From Eledone cirrhosa (taxonomy: Eukaryota), in the NCBI GenBank assembly GCA_964016885.1, contig OZ024743.1, forward strand, positions 293,942,001 through 294,006,000: DNA of 64,000 nt, in the 5' to 3' direction. The stretch's first letter is position 1; each line of letters opens with the position of its first letter. Below the pieces are notes generated by a model. The model was not told the origin of the DNA. It was given only the letters and a program-made list of their open reading frames with translations, and ran no database searches. Both the position numbers and the translations under genes were made by a program. Shown here one piece after another: positions 22,836 through 36,559 of this stretch.

Positions 22836-24011
22836 TATATTTAGTTTGATTTATATTTATATGAGAACTAGCCGATAAATCTTTTGATTCCTAAATCTTT
22901 GATTCCCTCTTTTTACTCTTTTTATTGTTTATTTTATTTTATTTATTTTTATTTTTATTTTTATTTTTATTTTTATTTTTATCTAAACATTCCTCATGAA
23001 AAATTAAGCTACCCTAAAAGCCGATGCTCCAAATTTTTTGAATTAACCTTACACTTGATAAACTTATATATTAAATATAGGAACATATGTAGACATTATT
23101 GGACATCATAATCTTTTTTTGCGATATTCCTTGCTAGATGTGATTTGATAGATAATTTTTGGCTTTGTCTTGTAGTGAACTTGGCAATATATTGTCAATT
23201 AACTTTGAAGGGTTGTTCTTTGTGGTTTATTTTTATTTTCATTTTTATTTTTATTTTTATTTTTATTTTTATTTTTATTTTTATTTTTATTTTTATTTTT
23301 ATTTTTATTTTTATTTTTATTTTTATTTTTATTTTTATTCTTTTAGTATTGTAGTATTCTATAATATTTTTATTTTTTATTTTATTTTATTTTTATTTTT
23401 AATATTTTTATATGTAAATTTTTATTTTTAATATTTTTATATGTAAAGTTTTAATACGTAATATTTTTAATACGTAGTATTTTTAATATGCAATATTTTT
23501 ATTATGTAATATTCTTTCGTAATATTCTTTTTTAGTTTTCTATTCTATATTTTTATATTTTTATATATTTTTACTTATTATCATTATTATTGTTATCTCT
23601 GCTTATAATATAATATATATTTTCGATTAGTATATTGAAATCTGCTCTCTATTTCTGCTTGATAGATAATCTTGTAGAGTAATCGCAAGAATAATAATAC
23701 GCTCAAATTTTTATACCACATTGAGAATGTTTTCCGGTAACTTTGAATTTGCGGAGTGAATCAGTTGGATTCACATAGACATATGAATTTTTTAAAAAAC
23801 TAAACATAAGATAATGAATTTTCACGCATTGTGAATACTTGTTTCATTCAGGAATACTGATATTTACAATATAGTGTAAGTTTTATAAATACTAATACAT
23901 TAAAACATAGGGTTTTCTACGCCTCGAATATGTCTGGCTATTTTAAAATTTTTTCTCTCTCTATATCTCTCTATATCTCTCTATATATCTCCCTTACATT
24001 AATACTTGAGC

Positions 24012-24046
<35 letters not shown>

Positions 24047-24417
24047 ATGCATCATTGATACACTTACTCAAAATGACCTCCCACTACCTAATTTTTCTAT
24101 ATCTATATTTATATATGTATCTATCTCTATTTCCTCTCTCTCTATATATATATATATATATCTTTCTGTCTCTTTACATGAAGCTCTTCGCTTTATCTAT
24201 TTTTCCATCTCTCTATTTTGTCCCATGCATTTCTTCTTTTTCTTTTTCTTCTTTTTCTTCCTTTTCTTCGTTTTGTCTTTCTTTCTTTCTTATTTCCCTC
24301 TTTTCTCTCTCTCTTTCTTTCTCTCTGTATTTTCACTGCTAGAGTAAACCTCTTCAAATGAAGTTGATGTTTATTACGGTATGTCGAATATATTTATCTA
24401 TAAAACTGTTTATATTG

Positions 24418-24484
24418 TATTTTGTCTGATGAAGGCATAGCATATTGTTAATATGATATCCCCGAAATATATATAATGAAATAA
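24418..24484 (+). ncRNA. Minimal type I hammerhead ribozyme (inverted copy at 20940-21007)
   Basis: TATTTTGT-CTGATGA-stem II (imperfect)-GAAA-T-ATAT-A-TA|ATGAAATA; palindromic stem III loop. Confidence 0.7.
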
Positions 24485-24611
24485 ATATGGTTTTATAAAT
24501 ATAGTTTTCCATTTATTTAATATTGTAAATATACTCCAAGTATTTGTCGAGTGCTTTTATATCAGTTATAAATATTTACTAGTTGTAACCCAACAATTTT
24601 AAATATAACTT

Positions 24612-24692
<81 letters not shown>

Positions 24693-24980
24693 GGAGAGAC
24701 AGATAGAGAGAGATGCTTTGTACGGCTTTTGGAGGAAGGAGTGACCAGCAGTACGTTGTTCGGTATTATTACGAAAAGGTGTAGGAGAGGATTCCGCGTG
24801 AACTAACAGCTCGGGAGGAAACTGCTTACCTCGAAGATTCATTCGCCATCGTTCTTGTCAACGCTCTGTTTACTTGGTATTTGTTGGTCTACAATTAGAT
24901 GAATGGCGCACAAAGGGTTAATGTTTATTGGCAAGAAGTTTTTTGAATAATAAAAGACGGGTTAAAGCGACCTACAATGT

Positions 24981-25070
<90 letters not shown>

Positions 25071-25344
25071 TAAAATAACAGATTAAAGTTTAAGCAAAGA
25101 ATCGCTGCTTTCACCCTTAACGGGATCTTCTGAAACTAACAATGTCAATCTGTAAACGCAGAAGTGGATATTTCGAAAAAGGTTGCAACCGGAGGAAGAC
25201 AGGAAGACGATACTTTGGTTCGTGAAAACGTTCCCTGGCAAAGGGAATATAATACGTCATTAATAGGAGCGGTTCTTATATATTTGATATATATTTATCC
25301 TTATCGAACCCTCTTTGAATTTTAGTCTTCAAATTTATTATTAT

Positions 25345-25383
<39 letters not shown>

Positions 25384-25413
25384 TATATATATATATATAT
25401 GTGTGTGTATGTA

Positions 25414-25480
<67 letters not shown>

Positions 25481-26337
25481 ATGTATGTATGTATATATAT
25501 GTGTGTGTGTGTGTGTATGTGTGTGTATACATATATTTTTATGTGTATATGTGTATATCTATATATATGTATATGTTTTTGTATATGTATGTATATATCT
25601 TCTACTAAGGGCTGGTTCATGCATAGGTCATGTTTACGGCCCCATTCGACCCTGTGCTAGCTGGCAGATGGCAATATATTTTGCCGTTCCCGGGACTTTT
25701 GTCCTAGGAAAGGAAAATGCTCTCTGATGATCCGAACATTTCCATTGGAAGTCGCTAGGGATCTCTAATCTTTTGTAAGGTGAAACCGTCGGTAAAAGCA
25801 AATGGAATAGGTAAATATTTAAATTATATTTTTTAATTTATTTAAAAAAATTTTTGAATCTTGTTTGCTCCGCTTATCTCAACTTTATAGTTCTGGTATG
25901 TCAAATTAATACCATAGAACAACCACTGTACCATAGACACCCTATATATTTCCAGGGGTACTTAGTACCTATGGAGATATTAACCTCTTTTATATATATA
26001 TATATATATATATGAAAACAGGGAGAAAGAGACGATTATTAGGAAGAAAAATATATTGTTTTCCTTTTTTGTTTCTCTCTCTCTTTTTTTCTGGGTTAGA
26101 AAATGATTAAAACGATATGTTTTAATTTGTGTGAAGTGCTAACGTATTAGTTGATTTATTTATTATTTAACAATGGCATTTATTTATCTATTTATATATT
26201 TAATAATTGTCTATTACCGGTTTCAGCATTTTTATGCATTATCAAATGATAGTGAAACGTATTAGTGTGGTGTCACACATGTTAGAGAGAAGTTGCAGAA
26301 AGAATAATGTTATTTATAAACAAGGTTTATGAAGTGA

Positions 26338-26522
26338 AAAGAAAAAAGAAGAAAAGAAAAAAGAAAAAAAGAAAAAAGAAAAAAGAAAAAAGAAAAAAGA
26401 AAAAAGAAAAAAAGAAAAAAGAAAAAAGAAAAAAGAAAAAAGAAAAAAGAAAAAAGAAAAAAGAAAAAAGAAAAAAAGAAAAAAAGAAAAAAGAAAAAAG
26501 ACAAAAGAAAAAAAGGAAAAAA
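26338..26522. repeat. (GAAAAAA)n purine-rich simple repeat
   Basis: Directly visible; explains the poly-K/poly-F ORFs. Confidence 0.95.
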
Positions 26523-26629
26523 ACGGTCATAATGTAGAGCATAAAAGTCAATGTAGAAGAAAAAATAATGTTATTTACAGGCATAGTAAATCATATACAT
26601 TCATATATATTTATATATATGTATGTATG

Positions 26630-26736
<107 letters not shown>

Positions 26737-26960
26737 CAAAATAACAAGAGCCATGTTCTGGTGTAAATCCCTGAAAGGTTTATTTTGCTATGATCATTTC
26801 AATGACTGGGTTCAGTATGAATCTGGTGAAATCATCAGGTAATTCAAAATATAACGAAGGAATATATCAGATAAAATCATTGGTGTTTAAATCAGAGAGA
26901 AGAGGGCGGCTGGTATTTTAGCAGCTTGTATCTGCGTCGACCGCCCTCAATTAATATATA

Positions 26961-28150
26961 CTAGCAGAATGGCCCTGCGTTTCTCGGGATTTGCTCTAGG
27001 GTTCTTATATATTTGATATATATATTTATCCCTATCGAGCCTCGTGAAATAAATACATTTGTTTATATTTTGTTATTGTGTATGCAAAAATATTTGCACA
27101 CGAATATATAATTATATATATATATATATATTAAAATAACAGATTAAAGTTTTAAGCAAAGAATCACTGCTTTCACACTTAACAGGATCTCTGAAACTAA
27201 AAATCAATCTGTGAACGCAGAAAATGACTCTCTGCTTTCACCCTTGACGGGATCTTCTACCTAAAAGCAGTATGAAGTATACGAAGACTAACTGATGTAA
27301 CCGTTGGCCTTGTTTGTTTATATTTTGTTTTTGTGTATGCAAATATATCTCTCAGTGATGCATGTGATTATGTAATCGCCAGCCTTGTTTGTTTATATTT
27401 TGTTTTTGTGTTTGCAAATATATCTGTACACTATATCTATATTAAAATAAAATATTAATGTTTAAGCAGTGAATTGGCAGTATCGGTAGAGGGTCGGACG
27501 CCATGCTTTGACGCATAGAGTTACGGCCCTTGCCATTCTGAGTTCAAATCCCGCCGAGGTTAACTTTACGGGGTCGATAAAATAAAGTACCAGTAATGTA
27601 CTGGGTAATTTGCTGGCCTTGTGCCAATAGTAGAAACAATTAACGTTTAAGCAAAGAATCGCTGTTTTCAATCTTAACGGGATCTTCTGAAACTAAAAAA
27701 GTCAATTTGTGAACGCAGATGTAAATATTTCGAAAAACGTTGCAACCGATAGAAAACAGGAAGACGATACTTTGGTTCGGGAAGACGTTCCCTGGCATAA
27801 TAATATATATATATATATATACACACACACTATATATACATATATACACACACATACTGATCGCGTCATAATGTGGTAATGCAGACAATAGGCATACAGA
27901 CAGATATTATGAAGGCGCGACGTCATATCTATGTATCTATCTAAAAAGAGAAAGACTAAGAGAAAGAGAAAGAGATCGCTAAATCGCCTAATGCAGTCCC
28001 TAGGGCATTGAAAATTTGAAATTGCTTTTGCTCAGAACACTCAATAGGATCATAAGTATTACATGTGTAATGTTTGAAAAAAAAAACGGTTGGGTAATTC
28101 TCGAGTTTTAGGGAAACATACACAGACATTCTTAGTTTTATATATATAGA
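26961..28150 (-). mobile_element. Non-autonomous Helitron-like element with nested insertions
   Basis: Minus strand A|TCTATATATATAAAACTAAGAATGTCTG at 28150 and subterminal hairpin plus CTAG|T at 26961. Pairing of the two ends is inferred. Confidence 0.6.
27465..27640 (+). mobile_element. tRNA-derived Nin/Deu-core SINE inserted in a family X arm
   Basis: B-box GAGTTCAAATCCC; core GGGGTCGATAAAATAAAGTACC; TSD ATTAA(T/C)GTTTAAGCA. Confidence 0.8.
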
Positions 28151-28817
28151 TATATATATAGTAATAATAATAAATTTGAAGACTAAAATCCAAAGAGGGC
28201 TTGATAAGGATAAATATATATCAAATATATAAGAACCGTAGAGCAAATATTTATTAAAATAACAGATTAAAGTTTAAGCAGATAATCGCTGCTTTTACCC
28301 TTAACGGGATCTTCTGAAGATCCCGTTAAGGGTGAAAGCAGCGATTATTTGCTTAAACTTTAATCTGTTATTTTAATATATATATATATATATATAGTTA
28401 TGTTAATTGGTATTTTTCTTGGTCCAGCGAAACCGCGATCTATGCATATTTTTGTAAATAAATTGTTTTTTTCGAAATGCTTACTTTTCATATATTAGAT
28501 ATTATTGTAACTAAATATAATTTGTATAAATGAAGTTCTGCAGAAAATAGTTTTTAGCCTGTATAAGCATCGAATTATTTATGTTGTAATATGATTGAAA
28601 TACTTTTATTTTGATCTATAGTATATATCCCCGGCGCACACACAGGATCATCAGAAGAGATGATCCCGTGAGTGTGCAGGGGAAACTCCAGAGTAACAAC
28701 ACTCATTACTTAGCCGTAATGAATAACACACACACACACACATACATACATACATACATACATACATACATACATACATACATACATACATACATACATA
28801 CATACATACATACATAC

Positions 28818-28869
<52 letters not shown>

Positions 28870-29135
28870 TAAAGGTTAAATAGTTTCTAATACTTAAACA
28901 TCTCAATGAGAGAAATCTCTTAGTGAAGCAATACTATGTATTAAAATTGTGAAAAAAATTCTACTCAAACAAGATAGACGAAAAAGTATTCTATCTAACC
29001 TTATATATAGATCTCCCTACCATGGTTTCACATAATATCACTAGAAATAGCAGCCAGTAGACCGTTTGAACAACTTAAGGAGCATTTTAATATTGATTAT
29101 ATATAATTATATTATAATATTAATTATATATATAT

Positions 29136-29345
29136 AACGAAGGATGTGTGGTAAGGAACCAGATGGACCATAACGCACCAGAGTACTCAATATTTAGGGT
29201 AGTAGAGGGGGTAATAGGAAAAGTTAGATCCCGACGGCAGAGCTCAAGCCGTTTCGACGGCGATTTCTGGACTAAATTAGAATTTTTAGCGTGGTAAATA
29301 AATAGCTAAACTTTTCAAGGGGTCATTCCTTATATGGGAAGATTG
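29136..29345 (-). mobile_element. HHR-like motif plus tail, same family as 19551-19778
   Basis: Minus strand ATGACCCC-TTGAAAA-...-GAAACGGC-TTGAGCTCT-GCCGTC|GGGATC, then the tail into (TA)n; stem II poorly paired. Confidence 0.6.
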
Positions 29346-29399
29346 TAGTTGTCAAGAGGATTGGACAACATTTCTTGTAAACACACTTTGTGCAGCCAG

Positions 29400-29679
29400 G
29401 TTCTGCTGCACGTCGGGCTGAGGAGGCCAAACTGCTCAAATACCGGTTTTCTCCGACAGGTTTGCGGTCGTATCACTGGCAGTGGAGACTTCTGGTGTCC
29501 TCGGCCCCAGGGCTACCTCCTTACTCACCACCATAGGTACTGAGCTGGCCAGCCGCAGGTGTGAGCCCCGCAAGTTGGAGTGGCTCTTCCAGCGAGTCTC
29601 CCTTGCTGTCCTCCGGAGAAACGCCTTCCCCATTATGTCCGCCGGGGCTGTGGGTGGGCCCCATCGCGTACCGTTGTAG
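29400..29679 (+). pseudogene. CRE-like RLE retrotransposon C-terminal fragment
   Basis: VETSGVLGPRATSLL...EPRKLEWLFQRVSLAVLRRNA matches the ET.G..G....FQR.S.A..R.NA end of CRE-type ORFs. Confidence 0.7.
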
Positions 29680-29959
29680 TTGTTGTAGAGACCTTTCTAA
29701 TTAAATACACATTCTGAATTATTGGACATTTTTCATGGGCCCACATACATTGTGTTTGTATATTAGATTAAGTCTATCATAGCAGTGGGTGGGAGGTGGG
29801 GATGGCTGCACTTGCCTGTAGAACAATGAGGGAGTGGGTGGACCGGTCAAGCGTTGAAAGTGAATTCTATACAGCAAATTATAAGGAATGTGTATGAAAA
29901 TAGGCGAGAGGAAGCCGGCGAAAAAGGATTCTGGAGAAAATAGAGAAGGGACGTTATAG

Positions 29960-30262
29960 AATAGGTAAATCAATTGAGATTTAGAAGATAATAAATAAAT
30001 AAAAAAAATATATAAAAATATAAAATTAGATAGTAAGAAGTGATAAAAAATCACTAGAGTCTAAAACAGCTGCTATATTTAGTTGGTATTGCGTTTTAGG
30101 CCAATGCTATAGAATAGGTTAATAAGTTGAGAATAGAAGAAACTAAATAAATAAAAAAATTATAAAATTATAGAATTGGGTAGTAAAAAGTTATACAAAA
30201 TCTCTAGGGTCTAAAGCAGCTGCTATAATTAGTTGGTATTGCGTTTTCGGCCAATGCTATCT
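29960..30262. repeat. Diverged tandem duplication, ~152-bp unit x2
   Basis: Both units end CAGCTGCTATA.TTAGTTGGTATTGCGTTTT.GGCCAATGCTAT. Confidence 0.85.
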
Positions 30263-30316
30263 ATAATTTACTGGGGTGGGGGTATATATATATTATATAT
30301 ATTATATATATATTAT

Positions 30317-30502
30317 GGCGGTGGATTGGTAGTATCGGTAGAGAATCGGACACCATGCTTTGCAGCATAGTTACAGCCCTTTATGATCTGACTTCAAATC
30401 CCGCCGAGGTTAACTCTGCCTTTCATCCTTACGGGGTCGATAAAATAAAGTACCAATAGTGCACTGGGTAATTGCTGGCCTTTTGCCAAAAGTAGAAACA
30501 AT
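30317..30502 (+). mobile_element. tRNA-derived Nin/Deu-core SINE
   Basis: GGCGGTGGATTGG head, TTCAAATCCC box, GCCTTTCATCCTTACGGGGTCGATAAAATAAAGTACC core. Partial copies at 31570-31720, 31947-32085 and 51690-51775. Confidence 0.8.
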
Positions 30503-33500
30503 TATATATTATATATATGAAGGGTGGGAGACAGCAGTGTGGATGAGAGAAAGTTAGTGACAGGGAGGGAACGTGCTATTTATGTCTGACCAAGTTGTAT
30601 TCTAACGTTTCACCAGCTTAACATCATCCTGATTTGGCAATAAGGTAGTTTTTTTCACCGGAAATTTGGTATTTTTTTACGAAAATTGGTATTGTGTCTA
30701 TTCAGATATTGTTTAGTGCCATGACTTTGCTTGTATGTCTTTGTGATGTCAATAAAGTATAATGTGAGGAAGATTTGGTTGTTATTACTAGCAATTCAAT
30801 CTTCGGCTCATGCCTGGGCTTGTTCTTTTATATTTTTTTGGTTTTGCTATTTTATTTTGACTTACATTTGTTTCCCCAAAGCATAAATAGTGTCACTGAA
30901 GTAAAGATGATTTAACCATGACCGTTTAAGAGTCAGCGAAAAAGCCTCTACGCGGTCGGCATTGCCACCAACTCAACCCTCAATACTAACCCACCATCTT
31001 TGAAATATGCAGAATAAGCTAATACGGAACATAATAAATCAGAAAAGAAAAGAGGCTGGCTATGGCTGGTTTAATGATTATAAACATCGACACATGGAAA
31101 TACTTCTAAACAGTGGCTACGAATCGTTATGAAATGACATCTTGAAAACAGATAAAATACAAACTATTCACTCAAAAATTACTAACCATAAACATTTAAG
31201 CAATAATCTAGCAAAATACAAGACATTACAAACTTTACAGGAAAAATAACAGCAACTGAAAACAAAAACGATAAAAAAAAAACAGAAAGAACCACTGTTA
31301 GCTACACTTTCAACGCCACAGGTCCACACGGAATATATTTAAAAATAAACTCTTCAAGCACAAATGTAAACATTGTGAATATAACACAAATCTAAAAAAT
31401 TCTGAAATAAAACACTTTCATGAAACTAAAAGATTTTTCCAACACTCAACAATGATATAACAATAATTTAGGAAACACTTTTACTATCGAATACACACCA
31501 GTCTAAATAATGCTCAAATGAGACTAAGCAAACCCTTTCACTTTATAGTATGATTTTGTAAGATATAATGCGGCGAATTGGCACAGTCGTTAGAACGTCG
31601 GATAGAATGCTTTGTGGTATTCCTTCCGGCTCTCTGCTCTCTGAATTCGAATCCCGCTGAGGTTAACTTTACCTTTCATCCTTTCGAGTTCAATAAAAAA
31701 GGTACCAGTCAAGTACTGGGTTGATTCTTCCTACATATCTCTTTCTCGCTTCCTCTCTCTCAATTTCTATCCTTCTCTGAGAGAAATCTGCTGTACTCTG
31801 GCCTGATAGTGATGGGCTCCGCCAGGCTAAAAAAAATGTCCAAGAATCGCAATACGAGTAAGCCAAGACGGCGTCCGTGCGACTCCCTCAGGAGTTACGG
31901 GACTATACTATACATTGTAAGATATCTAAAAATGTACATTCAATATATTTGCCTTTCATCCTTACGGGGTCGATAAAATAAAGTACCAGTAATGTACTGG
32001 ATAATTGCTGGCCTTGTGCCTAAAGTAGAAACAATTATATTAGTAAAGTTTACTGGCCTGGTGCCAAAAGTAGAAACAATTATATTAGTAAAGTAATACG
32101 ACATGACACTACACTAGAAAGGCAAAATTTAAAGAATATAAGGAAGCCGATCGTTAGATCAAACCAAGGAAACTGTTGTCATTGGTCTTAACACTGCTGA
32201 TACTATCTGTTTGTAATGAAGTACACAAGTATCTTGTCCAACGCAACTGGACTAGTACTTTATCGTCTCCAAATTGCAACGTTTGCTTCACTGGGAGTTG
32301 AACTTTGAGCACACAGAGCCGAAATAAATTTAATTCACTTTCGTTACCATCTTTTCTATTATATTACTGATATTCATAGCTGTTGTTGTTTGTCACCGAG
32401 TTAGTCCTTGTCAGGAGAGCCGACGTTGAAGCCATTTTAATCGTAATAACTCGTTTTTTTCTCTAAAAATCAAAATTCTACATTCTGTTATTATTTAAGG
32501 CAGTCGAATATGATCTGACCTGTAAGGGAGTTCTAGCAGATCTAGCAACACCGTATGTCATTCTTTGTTATCTCGACAAAGATTTTAGCAAGTATGTGGT
32601 AGTAAATTTAATCTATCTGGTGTATTTAATCCGTTGCTTGGTTTGACACGATCACCTGGTACTAGTTGAGGAGGATAACTTACTCTTTCTGCCACTGCCA
32701 ATCTCGGATGCCCTAATAATTATAAAGGATCAGTGGGGGGATCTTGCATTTCTAACTAAAATAAAATACCTTGTAAAACAATTACAAAGTGACGAGAAAA
32801 ACGAGACTGCGCTTTCAATCTCTATTATTAGATATTATTTCTTTCTGCTAAGGCAAATATCACCAACAAGATAGGCATAGATATCACAACATCTCATTAT
32901 ACTTTTTACTAGTTTAGATCTGTAGATTTTGACCACCATGGGGCACTAAGCTCGACGGCCCTAGTTAATAATATCGAGTCCAGTATTTTGTTTTAACCAT
33001 TATTATCTTGTTATTGTGGATATCAAACGATATAAAAGATTAATAAATAAAAAAGGTTGCTAAGCCAAGCAGATTGAAATATCTTAAGGTGTGTTTGTTA
33101 TATTACCTTCTACTACCTTCAGTACAACACTCCGAAACATTTTCATTTCCCTTCTCAGACAGTTATTATTTCTTGGTGATATATAACTTGACAGCATCCT
33201 TGTTTGTTCGTTCCACTTTAATTTATATTCCAACCAGTTGCGATGTCAACAAAAGTTATATATTGTTTCCCAAAGCGAGAAAATATTTTTAATTGAACAT
33301 CAGCTATCAGTGTGCATTCTCAGTGTAACATCTAGATGTTTCACGATGTTAGAACGCTCGACAAGATCCCAGCCTTCACTCGCTTAATGAGTGGAGAGAA
33401 ACTTACCAAATCGGACCATGGAAACAATGTTACCATTGGTTTTTCCATTGTTGATAATATCTACCGGTCGCAAATCCTCGTAGTAAAATAAAGTGCCTTG

Positions 33501-33731
33501 CTCAAGAACATAACACAACATCCGGTCTGTGAACTCGCAACCTCACGATTGTGAATCAAATTCTTTAACCACTAATCTACGCGGTATATTTGAGGTTAAT
33601 TGTTTCCGTTTGTGTAATTAGCATATACATAAAGTCATAGAACCAATTACCTGCGGAATCGTTATGCACTCCCAGTGATCCAGAGTTTATATCTTACTCA
33701 CTCTCTCAGAGGATATATATATATATATATA

Positions 33732-34020
33732 TATAATATAAGATCAAAAGATGGTTAAAAGAGTTCCAAGTATTTTATTATGCGCATTTCAAAAACAAAT
33801 ATCATCATGGGATGATATCTGCGTTTTCATCAGATAAAATAGGGATACATGATATGAAGATTAAAAAAACACTTGTGAATAGTGAAGTTTTAAATCAACT
33901 CTTTTAGCCATCTTTTTATCTTATATTATTTATACTCCAGTCGAACAAACTGTAGAGTGCTACTTATCCGATATTTGCATTGCTTTATTGTACTACAATA
34001 AAACTCACCTCCTACAAATA
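33732..34020. mobile_element. ~290-bp HHR-bearing mini-element between (TA)n tracts
   Basis: ~33-bp inverted repeat (33733-33765 / 33897-33929) plus right-hand tail with ACTCC...GAGTGCT. Confidence 0.75.
33771..33841 (-). ncRNA. Minimal type I hammerhead ribozyme
   Basis: TATTTTAT-CTGATGA-AAACGCAGATATCATC..GATGATATTTGTTTTT-GAAA-T-GCGC-A-TA|ATAAAATA; canonical core with all three stems. Confidence 0.8.
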
Positions 34021-34036
34021 TAAATATATATATATA

Positions 34037-34951
34037 ACCGGAAAAAATGAAAGGAAATTTCATTTCTCACTCTTAGTACGGCTGTTACTTAAATATAAGT
34101 ATGTATACGTACATTCATATATGTATACATACGTACAGTAGTATGTATATATATATACATACATGCACACATATATATATGTACGTATGGATTCACCGAA
34201 CATTTATTATAATGCTCGGTGTGTTTGTAAACAAACATCCCGAATTAAGCCGTACAGTGTCTAGCAACCATCGTTGCTCATTTGTTCAACACTGACAAAG
34301 GAATGCTGTACGAGTTTCAAGCTTATTAGCTATCGTCAGCAACGTATACCTTCCTGCCAGATGATTGAACGTCTGAAAGTATATACTTTCCTTATGCATA
34401 TTAACGGCTGAGCAGCCTAATTTGCATATCGAGTGAGTTAATCGGCCAGGTGAACCGTTTATCGTTAATATGCATAAGGAAAGTATATACGTATGTATAC
34501 ATATATGTCTGTAGGTATACATAATTATATTTAAGTAATAGCCGTACTAAGAGTGAGAAATGAAATTTCGTTTCATTTTTTCCGTTTATCGTTTTCGGTG
34601 CACCCGGCCGATTAACTCATTCGATATGCAAATTAGGCTGCTCAGCCGTTAATATGCATAAGGAAAGTATATGCTTTCAGACGTTCAATCAACTAGCAGG
34701 AAGGTATACGTTGCTGACGATAGCTAATAAGCTTGAAACTAGTATAGCGTTCCTTTGTCAGTGTTGAACAAAAGAGCAACGATGGTTGCTAGACACTGTA
34801 CGGCTTAATTCGGGATGTTTGTTTACAAACACACCGAGCATTATAATAAATGTTCGGTGAATCCATACGTACATATATATATGTGTGCATGTATGTATAT
34901 ATATATATGCATACTACTGTACGTCTGTATACATATATGTATATACGTATA

Positions 34952-34953
<2 letters not shown>
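34037..34953. mobile_element. Inverted dimer of a ~430-bp non-coding HHR-bearing unit
   Basis: 34037-34457 is the reverse complement of segments in 34490-34953, in permuted order. HHR CTGACGA...GAAACTAGTA at 34709-34749 (+) and a counterpart at 34305-34344 (-). Confidence 0.8.
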
Positions 34954-35043
<90 letters not shown>

Positions 35044-35342
35044 GTATTACTTTTCATCTTAACACCATATGGAAAAAACAATTTGATTGGTTAGTTCTTC
35101 AACTACCTCCAAATAAGGACATGATACTAACATACTACTCATTCTGAATACAATTATTATTGCTTTTGAAAACAGCTGGTGATATGCATGTAAGTAAATA
35201 TTCTCTTTATCTGATACTTTGTAACTAACCTTACATATATCAATAACGGAGTATAGCTACAATGTATTATCATCACCTAGAAACGATCGTAAAGCAGTGA
35301 AATATATCTCTAATGACTTGATATTTTATTTCATTATTTTAA

Positions 35343-35410
<68 letters not shown>

Positions 35411-35474
35411 TATGTGTGTGTGTGTATATATATATATGTGTATATATATATATGTGTATATATATATATATGTG

Positions 35475-35563
<89 letters not shown>

Positions 35564-36559
35564 ATTGTGTTTGTGTTTACAAGAGAGACCCCAATTAGCT
35601 ACTTGCAACTACATATAAATAAAGTATATCATAGTTATGTTAAACGTTATTCCAAAAGAGATAATTAGGTAATTTCTGTATGTTTAAATAAATGTTCAAA
35701 TTACTGCCTGCTTGCATTAAAGTAAGCACATAGCCATTGTTTCTTTTTAATCAGTAATTTAATTATCGCCCCTTTCTATTTTTTCTCACCTCTCTCTTTT
35801 TCTCTCCCATCTATGTCTTTCACTTTCCTCCTTTCTCTAGATATTCAAAGAATTTCCGTTTTGCTACCTACATATAAGGCTTTCAGTCGACATCAGACTA
35901 TTGTAAAAGGCACTTAAACATTTTGGAATGTGATAAATCGAAACCTGGTCTCTGTTTCTCAGAATACCTGACCATTTTACTTAATCGATCACCATCGATA
36001 TTTGCAACTATATTTAGTGAATATAATTACTTATTTCAACAAGTATAGCGCCAACGAGAACAATAATAAGAGAAGCATCCCACAGATTTACAGACGTTAC
36101 TAAAAATGAAAAATCTATTTGGTTGTCTGTTGGGTATTTGTGCCGAGATTTTGTTAAAATAAGCAAGCCAACGAACAAATAAGCAAATATATCTATAAAA
36201 CAAGAATAGACAAGCGAGTAGTTTTTGGTCAGTACGAAAGTAGTTACTTTCTTGAAAATGGTATTTATTGGTTTATTCATAGCAATAATGTATATAAATA
36301 GTACGGTATACATTGTATACTAACAGATCTCAAAAGTCACGGAAATAGTCATATGAAGTTGCTAGCCTCTATCTATCGTTTCCGTAAATAACACGCAATT
36401 TTCATATAATTAGTGGTTACTAATGAACGCAGATATAGCTGTGTAGTTAAAATGTTTGCTTTGTAATCGTGCGACCCCTTGGTCGGTCCTACAAAGTGCA
36501 TGTATCTTTTATGATATCTTCGGCTCGACTCGACTCTTGTCTGAAATTGAGGAGACGAA

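Larger units (their letters stand above)
20897..24616 (+). mobile_element. 5'-truncated Penelope-like element (Naiad-type) with ~1.17-kb inverted pLTR, inserted in (TA)n
   Basis: Arms 20897-22070 and 23368-24527 are near-perfect inverted repeats; GIY-YIG ORF between them; 89-nt tail only on the right arm; HHR in each arm. Confidence 0.9.

Noticed and set aside
20897-24527. DNA transposon with long TIRs
   Set aside because: Asymmetric tail, HHR and GIY-YIG ORF identify inverted Penelope pLTRs.
30317-30410. tRNA genes in SINE heads
   Set aside because: A/B-box-like only, no cloverleaf, attached to SINE cores, with TSDs at several copies.
31080-31520. Possible GIY-YIG relic (ETLL..., TSLNN)
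   Set aside because: Too decayed to support by eye.
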